Source: an uncultured bacterium
GTDB lineage: Bacteria; Latescibacterota; UBA2968
Length of the DNA stretch: 34,913 nucleotides
Assembly: GCA_964471275.1 (NCBI GenBank)
Contig: CAYYGZ010000015.1
Location: 1 to 34,913, forward strand
Reading direction: 5' to 3'
Shown here: piece after piece, positions 9,317 through 18,191 of the stretch
Position numbering within the stretch: the stretch's first letter is position 1
How the letters are laid out: every line of letters begins with the position of its first letter
Program-made: the position numbers and the translations under genes
Notes under the pieces: generated by a model
The model's input: only the letters and a program-made list of their open reading frames with translations
Told to the model about the DNA's origin: nothing
Database searches by the model: none

Positions 9317-11059
9317 ATGCGTCACGCACCCCGACCTGCCTACCTCCCCCTGGTATTCCTGATGTCCGCCGCGACACACGCCGACACGTCACTGAACGGT
9401 ATCGCGATCGATCGCAATATCGTTTACGCGAGTGCCGACGGCAAGGACCTCAAACTCGATATATACTGGCACAAGGCGTTGGAGGGCCCCGTACCCCTGA
9501 TCGTCTGGATACACGGCGGGGCGTGGCGCCAGGGCAGCAAGGAGAATCCGCGTGTACTGCCGATGCTGTCGGAAGGCTACGCGGTGGCGAGCATCCAGTA
9601 CCGGCTCAGCCAGGAGGCTATCTTTCCTGCGCAGATACACGACTGCAAGGCCGCGATTCGGTGGCTGCGCGCAAACGCCCTCCGATATGGGTATGACCCG
9701 GACCGGATAGGCGCCTGGGGTGCGTCGGCTGGCGGGCATCTTGTGGCCCTGCTCGGTACTTCCGGCGATGTCACAGAACTGGAAGGTACGCTGGGTGTCT
9801 CCGGTGTCTCGAGTCGAGTCCAGGCCGTAGCGGACTGGTTCGGCCCGACGGACTTCCTCCGGATGAATGACGTAGCCGGAACCATCGATCACGATGCCCC
9901 GGACTCACCCGAATCCCGACTGGTCGGTGCCCCTATACAGGAGAACGCGGATCGGGTCGAGCGTGCCAACCCGATCACTTACATCACGGAGGACGATCCT
10001 CCCTTCCTGATTATGCACGGCGCGGCCGACTTGACCGTGCTTAAGAATCAGAGCGAATTCCTCCATACGTCACTCCAGCAGACGGGCGTCTCGACCAACC
10101 TGATCCTGATCGATAATCAGGGCCACGGATTCCGTGGGGCCGATGGACACAAGGAAGACCTCGTCAGACACGTCCTGTCCTTCTTCGATCGCGAGCTGAA
10201 GCAGAAGAGAAGCGATTGGGTGAAACACGCAAACAACCCTTACCCGTGGGTAACCGACTTTGGCCCAAACGATGTGGGAACCCACGACGTGATCTTCCAG
10301 AGCAGCACGATCGACGACTACTACAGCTACACGGTTTACCTGCCGCCGAGCTACAACAGCCGTGACCAGAATGAGTACCCGACCGTCTACTGGCTGCACG
10401 GGAGGAGGGGTCGACCGCACGGTGCGACCCACTTCATATCCCGTGCCCACAACGCGATGCTGTCCGGTCACTGTCCGGAGTTCGTGATCGTCGCACCGAC
10501 CGGTCTGCAGTCCAGTATGTATGTCGACTCGAGGGATGGATCCTTTCCCGTCGAAACCGTCATACTGGACGATCTGATCCCACACATCGAGGCCACCTAC
10601 CCCGTCAGCACCGATCGCAAAATGCGCGCCATCGACGGCTTCTCGATGGGTGGCTTTGGCTCCGCGCACATTGGTTTCAAGCACCCTGACGTGTTTGGTA
10701 CAATTTCCTTGATGGGTGCCGCATTACATCGCCCCGAGTTCCTCCGCGACGAACGATCGGACATCTTTTCCAGAGCCTTTGGTAATGACTTGACCTATTG
10801 CGAACAGGAATCCCCCTGGGCGCTGGTCAGGCAAAATGCGGATCGGCTACGGAACCGGACCGCGATCAGGCTCTTTGTGGGTGAAAGCGATCATCGGCTG
10901 CGCGAGAAGAACATCGAATTCAGCACGCTGTTGAATGAACTGGATCTGTCGCACGATCACGGCGTGATCTCTGGTGCCGGTCACAACGAGGCGCAGCTGA
11001 TGGATGGGATAGGCGACGCCGTCTGGTCGTTCTACAAGCGTGCATTTCCCGTCGAATGA
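9317..11059 (+). CDS. Secreted tandem alpha/beta hydrolase (BD-FAE/HSL-like domain + putative esterase domain)
   Basis: Domain 1: HGGAW, GASAG, HGAAD, GHG. Domain 2: YWLHG, GFSMGG, GAGH. Signal-peptide-like N-terminus from ATG 9317. Confidence 0.85.
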   Translation: MRHAPRPAYLPLVFLMSAATHADTSLNGIAIDRNIVYASADGKDLKLDIYWHKALEGPVPLIVWIHGGAWRQGSKENPRVLPMLSEGYAVASIQYRLSQEAIFPAQIHDCKAAIRWLRANALRYGYDPDRIGAWGASAGGHLVALLGTSGDVTELEGTLGVSGVSSRVQAVADWFGPTDFLRMNDVAGTIDHDAPDSPESRLVGAPIQENADRVERANPITYITEDDPPFLIMHGAADLTVLKNQSEFLHTSLQQTGVSTNLILIDNQGHGFRGADGHKEDLVRHVLSFFDRELKQKRSDWVKHANNPYPWVTDFGPNDVGTHDVIFQSSTIDDYYSYTVYLPPSYNSRDQNEYPTVYWLHGRRGRPHGATHFISRAHNAMLSGHCPEFVIVAPTGLQSSMYVDSRDGSFPVETVILDDLIPHIEATYPVSTDRKMRAIDGFSMGGFGSAHIGFKHPDVFGTISLMGAALHRPEFLRDERSDIFSRAFGNDLTYCEQESPWALVRQNADRLRNRTAIRLFVGESDHRLREKNIEFSTLLNELDLSHDHGVISGAGHNEAQLMDGIGDAVWSFYKRAFPVE

Positions 11060-11072
11060 ACCAGGCAATAAA

Positions 11073-11099
11073 TCATCCTGAGTCTTGGCGAAGGATCTC
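11073..11099. repeat. REP-like element TCATCCTGAG..GCGAAGGATCT
   Basis: tcatcctgagtcttggcgaaggatctc; related copy at 17700-17727 and related units at 18690-18759. Confidence 0.55.
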
Positions 11100-11109
11100 T
11101 CTGCGCCCT

Positions 11110-11454
11110 GGACCACCCCGCGATCACCGGCTTACTGAACGACGTCCGGTGTCCGGCTTCATTCGATCCCAACACACCGGCCGTGATCACCAGATCGACC
11201 TCCGAATCGGCGAGCAGACGATCTAGACCACCCGTAACACTGGCAACGGTCCAGCCCCCCACGATCTGCTTTTCTGCCGGCATCGTCACATCGAACTCGC
11301 GACCGGTCAGTCCCAGAATCTCCTGCTCGAAGGTGTGTGTGATCTCGTCGTTCCGTTCCCACGGTCCGTCGATCAGTACGCCGATCACCACCTCGCCCGG
11401 CAGTGGCGAGGCGAGTGCCGCGAGTAGGAGCATCATCGTAAGGCATTTGTGCAT
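11110..11454 (-). pseudogene. Truncated N-terminus of a secreted protein (resembles N-terminal domain of long TolC-family proteins)
   Basis: Signal peptide then VVIGVLIDGPW..LLADSEVDLVITAGVLGS..KPVIA; plausible sequence ends after ~110 aa next to the REP-like element. Confidence 0.55.
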
Positions 11455-11605
11455 CAGATTAATCCTGTTGGTACCGTGTTCGAAGGGCTGTCACTTCTAC
11501 TGATGAGACCTACCATCTGATGCGGGTCTGGATGATTCGCGAACGGCTCCTATGACCAGGGCCCTGCGGTGTTTGATATCGTGTTGTCAGCCTGAAGGGG
11601 TCGGG

Positions 11606-12151
11606 CTAGCCCCCGAACGTCGTCCCCAGCGTCAGGTAACCCGCCACGGAACTTCCAAGATCTCCGACCAAGATCGCTCGCACCTCAACCCCGATCAGCG
11701 CCGTATCCGCGATCATCCGGCCGATCGTGACGCCACCGTAGAGCATAGTTCGGATCTCGGACGTCAGAACAATCGTCCCCGAATCCAGCGCAATCCTCGA
11801 AATTCCGCCACCGACCGTCGGACGAATCACCCAGGGATGCGATCCCAACGACCCCCCGACCTCCGCCCCGATCTGCGACTGGCTCGCGTCCCCCAGCAGA
11901 CTCGCACTCCCCGAAATCCCGTCCGGCAGCGTCTTGTTTTCCGACCCGTTGTGGAACGTAAACTGCATCCCGGCATAGAACGCCCGGTCCTCTGAAACCG
12001 GAATATCGACCCCAAATGAAGCCCCACCACCACCCCGGTAGAAATCCCCCGAGCCCGAACCCCCAAAGATCCTCAGGATCCCGCCCGCGTGCGCATCGGA
12101 CCCCGCACACAGCACAATCAAACAGCACAGCATCGTTAGACGTCGCATCAT
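11606..12151 (-). CDS. Small outer-membrane beta-barrel protein
   Basis: Signal peptide MMRRLTMLCCLIVLCAGSDAHA, Gly-rich alternating strands, C-terminal YLTLGTTF; GGAGG RBS. Confidence 0.65.
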   Translation of the reverse strand: MMRRLTMLCCLIVLCAGSDAHAGGILRIFGGSGSGDFYRGGGGASFGVDIPVSEDRAFYAGMQFTFHNGSENKTLPDGISGSASLLGDASQSQIGAEVGGSLGSHPWVIRPTVGGGISRIALDSGTIVLTSEIRTMLYGGVTIGRMIADTALIGVEVRAILVGDLGSSVAGYLTLGTTFGG

Positions 12152-12205
12152 TCCTCCCAATCTGTCTCTCAGGTGTCCATACCTCCCTGCCTCACGCAGG
12201 GAACA

Positions 12206-12390
12206 TGACCTGCCCCCATCCATGTGTCCACTTCCAGAGTTAGGATGCGGTTGCTGATACCGCTCCCTCGACCGTTTCGGGTGCAGGTGGTCTGTAGCCC
12301 AGTGAACTATGTGGACGGACCTGATTGTACTCTCGCCGCCAGACCTCCATCAACACTTTTGCCTCTTGCAGCGTGGTGAAGATTTCTCCA
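12206..12390 (-). mobile_element. IS3-family remnant (integrase C-terminus + right inverted repeat)
   Basis: GEIFTTLQEAKVLMEVWRREYNQVRPHSSLGYRPP; terminus TGACCTGCCCCC at 12206 gives an IS3-type TG..CA end. Confidence 0.85.
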
Positions 12391-12789
12391 ACGAACACAA
12401 AGAGAATAAACGCTGCGAGTCGTTGGGTAATGCTCATTGTATCTTCGAAAACGTGAAGTATTTCGGACCTGCGATCATTCCGAGAGCCCGCGGTTCTTTC
12501 CTGCTGAATCTGCTACCAACCGTTTTCTGCGCTCTGGCAGGATCTGCTGGTGCCTGTTGGCCCTCGCCTGTCCACGGACGAAGGTGGGCGCGAAGTCGGA
12601 AGGCAGCCGCCGTGGCACATTTCCGATGCCTTCCATCAGGCCAACCGTCTGGGTGATGATGATTTAACCCGTTACCCAGTTGTCATCAGCCAGCGATTCA
12701 ATAACTCAATCACCAGATAATCCAGCACTGCCCTCCTCTTGACACGCTCCCCCTGGAACCTGGAACGCCCTCGCCCTTCTGAAACGCAT

Positions 12790-13554
12790 CTACGATTTCG
12801 CATACAACAAAATCCCCGCCGCTACGGCAACGTTCAGTGAATTCACCGGCCCCGTCATCGGAATCGAAACCATCTGATCCGCCTTCGCAAGGAGCTCCGG
12901 ATTCACCCCAAACGCCTCGTTCCCGAGCAGAAATGCGTGCGGCCTCGAGTAGTCCAGCGTGCTGAACAGCTTCCCTTCCGTATCCGTCGCAAACACCATC
13001 ACCCCAGCCCGCTTCAGATCATCCAACAACGACCCGCCTCGCTGATCTGTTAGCACGGGGAACCTGAAAATCGACCCGGCCGTTGACCGCACCACCTTCG
13101 GATTCAGCAGCTCCACCGACCCCTTCAGCAAGAAAAGTCCGCCAGCCCCCGAACCTTCTGCCGTCCGCAGGATCGTCCCCAGATTCCCGGGGTCTCTCAC
13201 CTCATCCAGGATCAGCAGCGGCTTCCCACAGTTGATCACCTCGTCACGATCCCAGATCGGCTCCTTCGCAACCCCCACCACCCCTTGCGGCGTCTCCGTC
13301 TCGCACATCCCCTTCATCGCTCGTCGATCCGTCATCTGCACCATCACGCCCGCATCTCTGGCCGTCTTGTGCAGTGCCGCCAGCCGCTCGTTCCGATCCA
13401 GCATATCCCTCGCAAACACCAGCTGCTCCGTCGCACCCTCCGCCTTCAGCGCCTCTTCACACAGACGCATCCCCTCGATCAGAAACGCACCCTCCCGTTC
13501 CCTCGCCTTCCGCTTCTTCAATGCCAGTATTCGTTTGGATCCCGTAACTGCCAT
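12790..13554 (-). CDS. TrmH/SpoU family RNA 2'-O-methyltransferase
   Basis: FLIEG, TPQGVVG, VRDPGNLGTILRTA, LGNEAFGV, IPM..VNSLNVAVAAGI. Confidence 0.92.
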   Translation of the reverse strand: MAVTGSKRILALKKRKAREREGAFLIEGMRLCEEALKAEGATEQLVFARDMLDRNERLAALHKTARDAGVMVQMTDRRAMKGMCETETPQGVVGVAKEPIWDRDEVINCGKPLLILDEVRDPGNLGTILRTAEGSGAGGLFLLKGSVELLNPKVVRSTAGSIFRFPVLTDQRGGSLLDDLKRAGVMVFATDTEGKLFSTLDYSRPHAFLLGNEAFGVNPELLAKADQMVSIPMTGPVNSLNVAVAAGILLYAKS

Positions 13555-13561
13555 ATTGATC

Positions 13562-13589
13562 GTGAGACGGCAGACGTGAGACGGCAGAA
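13562..13589. repeat. Heptamer tandem repeat (gtgagac ggcagac gtgagac ggcagaa)
   Basis: Read directly, just upstream of the TrmH-family start. Confidence 0.75.
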
Positions 13590-13727
13590 GAATCCGCCGC
13601 GTTCACCGTTCCCTCCCACCCTCCAAAAGAAAAGGCAGCCCTAGAACGGTCACATTTCCCGTCCCATCTGCCTGAATGACTGCTCTTCTTCAAATAAACA
13701 ATGAGGACCACGGGCCGTGTTAACGCC

Positions 13728-13790
13728 CTGCCTTCTAACCTCTCACGTCTTGCCTCTCAATTTTGAATCTTCTCTCCTCGATCCTCAATC
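13728..13790. repeat. Degenerate 7-nt periodic tract (9 units) after ccmD stop
   Basis: ctgcctt ctaacct ctcacgt cttgcct ctcaatt ttgaatc ttctctc ctcgatc ctcaatc. Confidence 0.65.
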
Positions 13791-13791
13791 C

Positions 13792-13959
13792 CTAAGGCAT
13801 ATCCGGCCTATCCGACTGCTCCCCGTCCCTCAGCTGCCGCCAGATATCCTGTATCTCATCCCAGATCGCCTTTTCCTTCCGCGACATCGACATAAAATAC
13901 ACGAGCACCGCACCCCAGATCACCGCGTAAGCCGCCGCCATATATTCGAGAAATTGCAT
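13792..13959 (-). CDS. ccmD: CcmD family protein (55 aa, below ORF-track cutoff)
   Basis: Hand translation MQFLEYMAAAYAVIWGAVLVYFMSMSRKEKAIWDEIQDIWRQLRDGEQSDRPDMP; AAYxxxW TM plus charged tail; downstream of ccmC. Confidence 0.85.
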   Translation of the reverse strand: MQFLEYMAAAYAVIWGAVLVYFMSMSRKEKAIWDEIQDIWRQLRDGEQSDRPDMP

Positions 13960-14198
13960 TTGCTCTTCCGTTATCCGCCTGCCTTGAGCAGGTCATTCCA
14001 TAGGTTGTCTTTCAACACAGGCGGGCTAATGCCCGGCCCTCCTATTGCCCCCACAAGAGTTTTGCCATCTGCCCTTCGATACGCCGTAGTTTGTCCTGCC
14101 GTCTACTGCCAAATTCGTATGTCGCTATGCTGCACGGCTACTCAGGTAAGCGGTAAAACGGCGCCCCTGCGCCTCCGCTCCACTGCCCCCTTGCTGCC

Positions 14199-14912
14199 TT
14201 ATTCTGCCATCTGCCCAAGTATCGCCCTCCGATCCCGCATCTCCGCCCGCAGATACGCCAGCTCTTCCTTAGCCCGCTCCAGCGACACCCGACGCGAAAA
14301 GATCGCAATAAACAGAAAAAACCACACGATCAGACACATCCGGAAGGCAAACTTCATATCCGGCGGCAGTCCGCCTCCGCCTTCCCGCATCACCGTCGGA
14401 TGATGCGTGCGCCACAGCTGCACGGCGTAATGAATCAGCGGTGCGTTCATAAACCCGATAATCGCCAACACCGCCCGGAACCGTGCGCTCTGAATCGACT
14501 CCTCGCTGTAGTTCTTCAGCATCATATAGGACACGAAGATCAGGAACATCACCGTCACCAGAGTCAGCTGCGCATCCCACACCCACCAGGCGTTCCACAC
14601 CGGCTTTGCCCAGAGCGGCCCCGACAGCATCACCAGCACGCAAAAGAGCAGCCCGACCTCTGCACCAATCGATGCATAGATATCGAACCGCCCGGTTCGC
14701 TTCCACAGATACAGCACGCTGAACACAAAACAGACGAAGAACCCGAGATACATCATCATCGCGGACGGCACGTGGTAGTAGAAAATCTTCTGCGCCAACC
14801 CCATCTGCGCTTCGATACTCGTCTCCACCAGCACCAGCCAGGGCGTATACAACATCCCGATCAGCGCCAGACTCCCGAATACCAGCGATATAACGTGTGG
14901 CTTATTTCCCAA
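14199..14912 (-). CDS. ccmC: Heme exporter protein CcmC
   Basis: IFYYHVP, WWD domain WAKPVWNAWWVWD, WRTHHP; operon context; TTG start. Confidence 0.92.
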   Translation of the reverse strand: MGNKPHVISLVFGSLALIGMLYTPWLVLVETSIEAQMGLAQKIFYYHVPSAMMMYLGFFVCFVFSVLYLWKRTGRFDIYASIGAEVGLLFCVLVMLSGPLWAKPVWNAWWVWDAQLTLVTVMFLIFVSYMMLKNYSEESIQSARFRAVLAIIGFMNAPLIHYAVQLWRTHHPTVMREGGGGLPPDMKFAFRMCLIVWFFLFIAIFSRRVSLERAKEELAYLRAEMRDRRAILGQMAE

Positions 14913-14992
14913 GGTTCTCTACTCGTTTCTGTATTTCAGAGGTGTTTGCTCTTGACTCTCCCAAGCACTAAGCACTGCCTTCCCACTGCCGT

Positions 14993-15673
14993 CTACTCCT
15001 CAACTACATATTCAAAAAGATACAGACACGCCACAAAGAAGATCCCACAGAACGCTGTCCCGATCTGCATCCACCCCATCGTCGACGCCAGGGTCGCCCC
15101 GTCCAGCAGCGCCCGAAACGTCTCGACGGCCGACAGCAGTATCGGAACCAGAATCGGCAGCGCCAGCATCGGCAGCATCGCTTCCTTCAGCCGTGTGTTC
15201 ACCGAAATCGCCGAGAACAGCGTCCCGATTGTGGCAAAACCGAACGTACCGAGCAACACGGGCAGCAGAATACCGGGCATCGCCCCGAACAGAGGGACGT
15301 TAAGCAGGATCGCAAACAGAGGCAACAGGAACACCTGCAGCACAAGCATCGTAATCAGGTTTCCCAGCATCTTGCCAAGGTAGATTGCCGATCGATCCGC
15401 CGGTGCGAGCAGAATCCCAAACATACAATCGTTGATCTGCTCCTGCGAAAACGAACGCGTCAGCCCCAGAAACCCAGAAAAAATCACAGCCACCCAGTAG
15501 ATCCCGCCCGCTCCCTCAACCATCGACGGCGATCCGGGCCTAAATGCAAAACTGAACGTCACCAGAACCAGCAACGAAAAGAACCCCATACTGCTGAGCC
15601 GTTCCTTACTCCGGAATTCCGTTACAAGGTCCTTATGCAGAATCGCCCCCGTCTGTGCAAGAAACTCGTTCAT
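14993..15673 (-). CDS. ccmB: Heme exporter protein CcmB
   Basis: KDLVTEFRSKE, RSFSQE, IYLGK, LPMLALPILVP; start at MNEFL. Confidence 0.9.
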   Translation of the reverse strand: MNEFLAQTGAILHKDLVTEFRSKERLSSMGFFSLLVLVTFSFAFRPGSPSMVEGAGGIYWVAVIFSGFLGLTRSFSQEQINDCMFGILLAPADRSAIYLGKMLGNLITMLVLQVFLLPLFAILLNVPLFGAMPGILLPVLLGTFGFATIGTLFSAISVNTRLKEAMLPMLALPILVPILLSAVETFRALLDGATLASTMGWMQIGTAFCGIFFVACLYLFEYVVEE

Positions 15674-15810
15674 CGATACACCCCTCAGGTTCGCAAAGCG
15701 AACTTGCAAGCAACGCAATGCGTTGCCAGGATAGCACCTGCCTGCTGCAAGAATGGGTTCGTGAATCCTCTCACTCATTCAGGGGGCCAATATGCCACAC
15801 CCTATACCCC

Positions 15811-16539
15811 CTACCCCACCCCCACCAGATATGCCTCCACCTCCCGATACTTCTCCTCCAACCCCTCAATCCCCGTCTCCGCCGTTACTCCCTCACCCAC
15901 CACTCTCCCCTTCGCAAGCAGCACATATCGATCGGAGAGTTCCACCGCCTGCCGTAGATCGTGTGTCACCAGGATCGCCGTCCGCTTCTGCGACCGAAAC
16001 ATCTGAACACGCTCCGTCAGAATATCTCGTCCCGCCACATCCAGGCCCGTAAACGGCTCATCGAACAGCAGGAATCCCGGGTCGTGTATTGTCGCGCGTG
16101 CGATCGCCAGACGCTGCTTCATCCCTCGCGAAAACGTCCGCACACGATCGTCCGCACGATCGTCCAGACCGACAGCCTGCAGGCCATCCACCACGCGCGT
16201 CTCGAGTGCATCCAAACCGTACAGCTTGCCATAGAACGACAGATTCTCGTGTGCCGTCAGATCCTCGTACAGCATCGTCTGATGGGACACGACCCCGAAC
16301 TGGCTGCGAACGGATTCGGCCGAATCGGCGAGATCAGCATCTCCGACCAGCACGCTTCCCGAGCTCGGCTTGGACAGGCCTGCCACGATCCGTAGAAGCG
16401 TTGTCTTGCCCGCACCATTGGGACCCAGGAGTGCCAGTGAACTACCGTTTGCGACAGAGAACGATACATCGCCCAACGCCGTCAGCGCACCAAAGCGCTT
16501 GCTGACACGCATCACTTCGATCCCTGCGTCGGTAGACAC
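15811..16539 (-). CDS. ccmA: Heme ABC exporter ATP-binding protein CcmA
   Basis: Walker A GPNGAGKT, FSRGMKQR, LLFDEPFTGLD; directly before ccmB. Confidence 0.9.
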   Translation of the reverse strand: MSTDAGIEVMRVSKRFGALTALGDVSFSVANGSSLALLGPNGAGKTTLLRIVAGLSKPSSGSVLVGDADLADSAESVRSQFGVVSHQTMLYEDLTAHENLSFYGKLYGLDALETRVVDGLQAVGLDDRADDRVRTFSRGMKQRLAIARATIHDPGFLLFDEPFTGLDVAGRDILTERVQMFRSQKRTAILVTHDLRQAVELSDRYVLLAKGRVVGEGVTAETGIEGLEEKYREVEAYLVGVG

Positions 16540-16541
16540 GG

Positions 16542-17666
16542 CTATCCTGACAATTCCTTTGTGAGGTCGACGACCTCGGCCTTGAGCGCGTCTCGACGGG
16601 TCGCGTGCTCGTCACGGGCAATGTTCTTGTGCTCGAGCCGGTCGTCGAGGTCCGCAATCTGCTGAATCAGTGCCATGCGTCGCACTTCCGCACCCAGTTC
16701 CTCATCCGAGCTGATCGTCTCCTTCGACCCCATCTTCAGGTAGACAAGTGCCAGGAGCGCCCCGATTGCAACACCCCCTAGCGCCCAGGGCCCCACGCCA
16801 CCGACATCGACACCCTCTGAGGAACCGACGGCCGCCGTCGAGGCAACCGAGCTGCCCAGCCGGAACGACACCTGACCGCCCGCCGATACGTTCTCCGAAA
16901 TCAGCCTCCGAAACTGGCGCTCGCCCAGATCGACCGGTCCGAGATCGGACATCGTGTTGTCGGTCACTTCGGTCTCTGCGGGCGTGATGAATGCGTCGAT
17001 GGCAGGTGTCGCATACTTGAGCCTCTGCGTAATGCGACCGTCTGCCGGTATCGCCATCGTGAACGCGAGCTGCATTCGACCGGGAACGACTGGCCGTGAA
17101 TCGACGAGCGTCGGCCCGTGGTTGTGCACTCCCGGAATGTCGCTCCACACTTCGGTTATGCCTTCAGGCAGTGGAACCTCGACACCGTGGCCGTGACCGG
17201 TTCCCGTTTTGAACGTCCGATCTCCCGTGTTCTGAAAGATCAGAATCTGGGTCACCTGGCTCGCCTGTGCGTCAATGATCAGATGGTGTGAAATCATCTC
17301 GATCGCGTCATCCTGATTCGTCGATTCGTAGACTGCTACCTCGACCAGTTTGGATGAATCGGTCACACGTTCGGACCGATATGGCACATCCTGATACTCA
17401 GCCGACAACATCATCGGAACTTCTGCGCTCGGTTCGCTAGGTATCTCGAAGCTGAACTGTCCCTCACTATCCGACGTATCCACGAGTACTTCCGCCGACT
17501 GAGCCGTGTGATGAACAAACTTCACAACGATACCCGCCTCTGTTCGGGCGAGCGTCTTGTTCATTACCACCCCGTTCAGCGTCGATGCTTCGAGCCTAGC
17601 AATGCCCACTGTACAAAAGAGAAGCCCGATCACAACCGGGCTTGCCAACACTCTAGTCCACCTCAT
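16542..17666 (-). CDS. Periplasmic beta-rich, C-terminally anchored protein of the ccm operon (unknown function)
   Basis: Signal peptide, carboxypeptidase-regulatory-like N-domain (DSEGQFSF), His clusters, C-terminal TM + amphipathic tail; 2 bp before ccmA. Confidence 0.7.
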   Translation of the reverse strand: MRWTRVLASPVVIGLLFCTVGIARLEASTLNGVVMNKTLARTEAGIVVKFVHHTAQSAEVLVDTSDSEGQFSFEIPSEPSAEVPMMLSAEYQDVPYRSERVTDSSKLVEVAVYESTNQDDAIEMISHHLIIDAQASQVTQILIFQNTGDRTFKTGTGHGHGVEVPLPEGITEVWSDIPGVHNHGPTLVDSRPVVPGRMQLAFTMAIPADGRITQRLKYATPAIDAFITPAETEVTDNTMSDLGPVDLGERQFRRLISENVSAGGQVSFRLGSSVASTAAVGSSEGVDVGGVGPWALGGVAIGALLALVYLKMGSKETISSDEELGAEVRRMALIQQIADLDDRLEHKNIARDEHATRRDALKAEVVDLTKELSG

Positions 17667-17699
17667 CTTCCCTTTACTCCCTGTTCGTCCTCGCCCACC

Positions 17700-17727
17700 G
17701 TCATCCTGATCGCAGCGAGGGACCCCT
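17700..17727. repeat. REP-like element GTCATCCTGA..GCGAGGGACC
   Basis: gtcatcctgatcgcagcgagggacccc, similar to 11073-11099. Confidence 0.5.
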
Positions 17728-17763
17728 TACAGTTCTGGACTATCCCGTTCCCGCCTGCTTCCC

Positions 17764-18123
17764 CTATCTCTTCTTCCTCACCGACGCAATTTCCTGCTCC
17801 ACCAGATCCTCGATCTCTCCCGCTCCTGAGTCCTTTCTCGCAGGAGTCCCGTGGTCGAGTTTATCGATCAGATCCACCGCCTGCGCCTCATACCGGCCGC
17901 GTGTCTCCTTGTAGTCGTCCCCTTCGATCTTGCCCATCTTGTGATCGAAGTCGATCTCACGGATGGCTTCCAGGACCTGCTCACGCTGCTCCAGCAGGTC
18001 CTGCCGCCTCGCCGCCCGATTCGACGCCTGCGCCACGGCTCCCGTCTCCACAAACAGGGGACGGAACACAAACGCAATCACCGCAGCACCAACTCCCAAG
18101 TAGACAATGATCTCAACACCCAC
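17764..18123 (-). CDS. Small membrane protein resembling the CcmI N-terminal segment
   Basis: N-terminal TM ending VFRPLF, then LEAIREIDFDHKMGKIEGDDYKETR. Confidence 0.7.
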   Translation of the reverse strand: MGVEIIVYLGVGAAVIAFVFRPLFVETGAVAQASNRAARRQDLLEQREQVLEAIREIDFDHKMGKIEGDDYKETRGRYEAQAVDLIDKLDHGTPARKDSGAGEIEDLVEQEIASVRKKR

Positions 18124-18191
18124 AGTAGACTCTCTCGAAAACCGATTCTAGCCCTTGCCACTCACTCTTTACCACTCTCTACTCACTGCTC

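Noticed and set aside
13717..14403. 228-aa + strand ORF across the ccmC-ccmD region
   Set aside because: Antisense to ccmD/ccmC and built from repeat tracts
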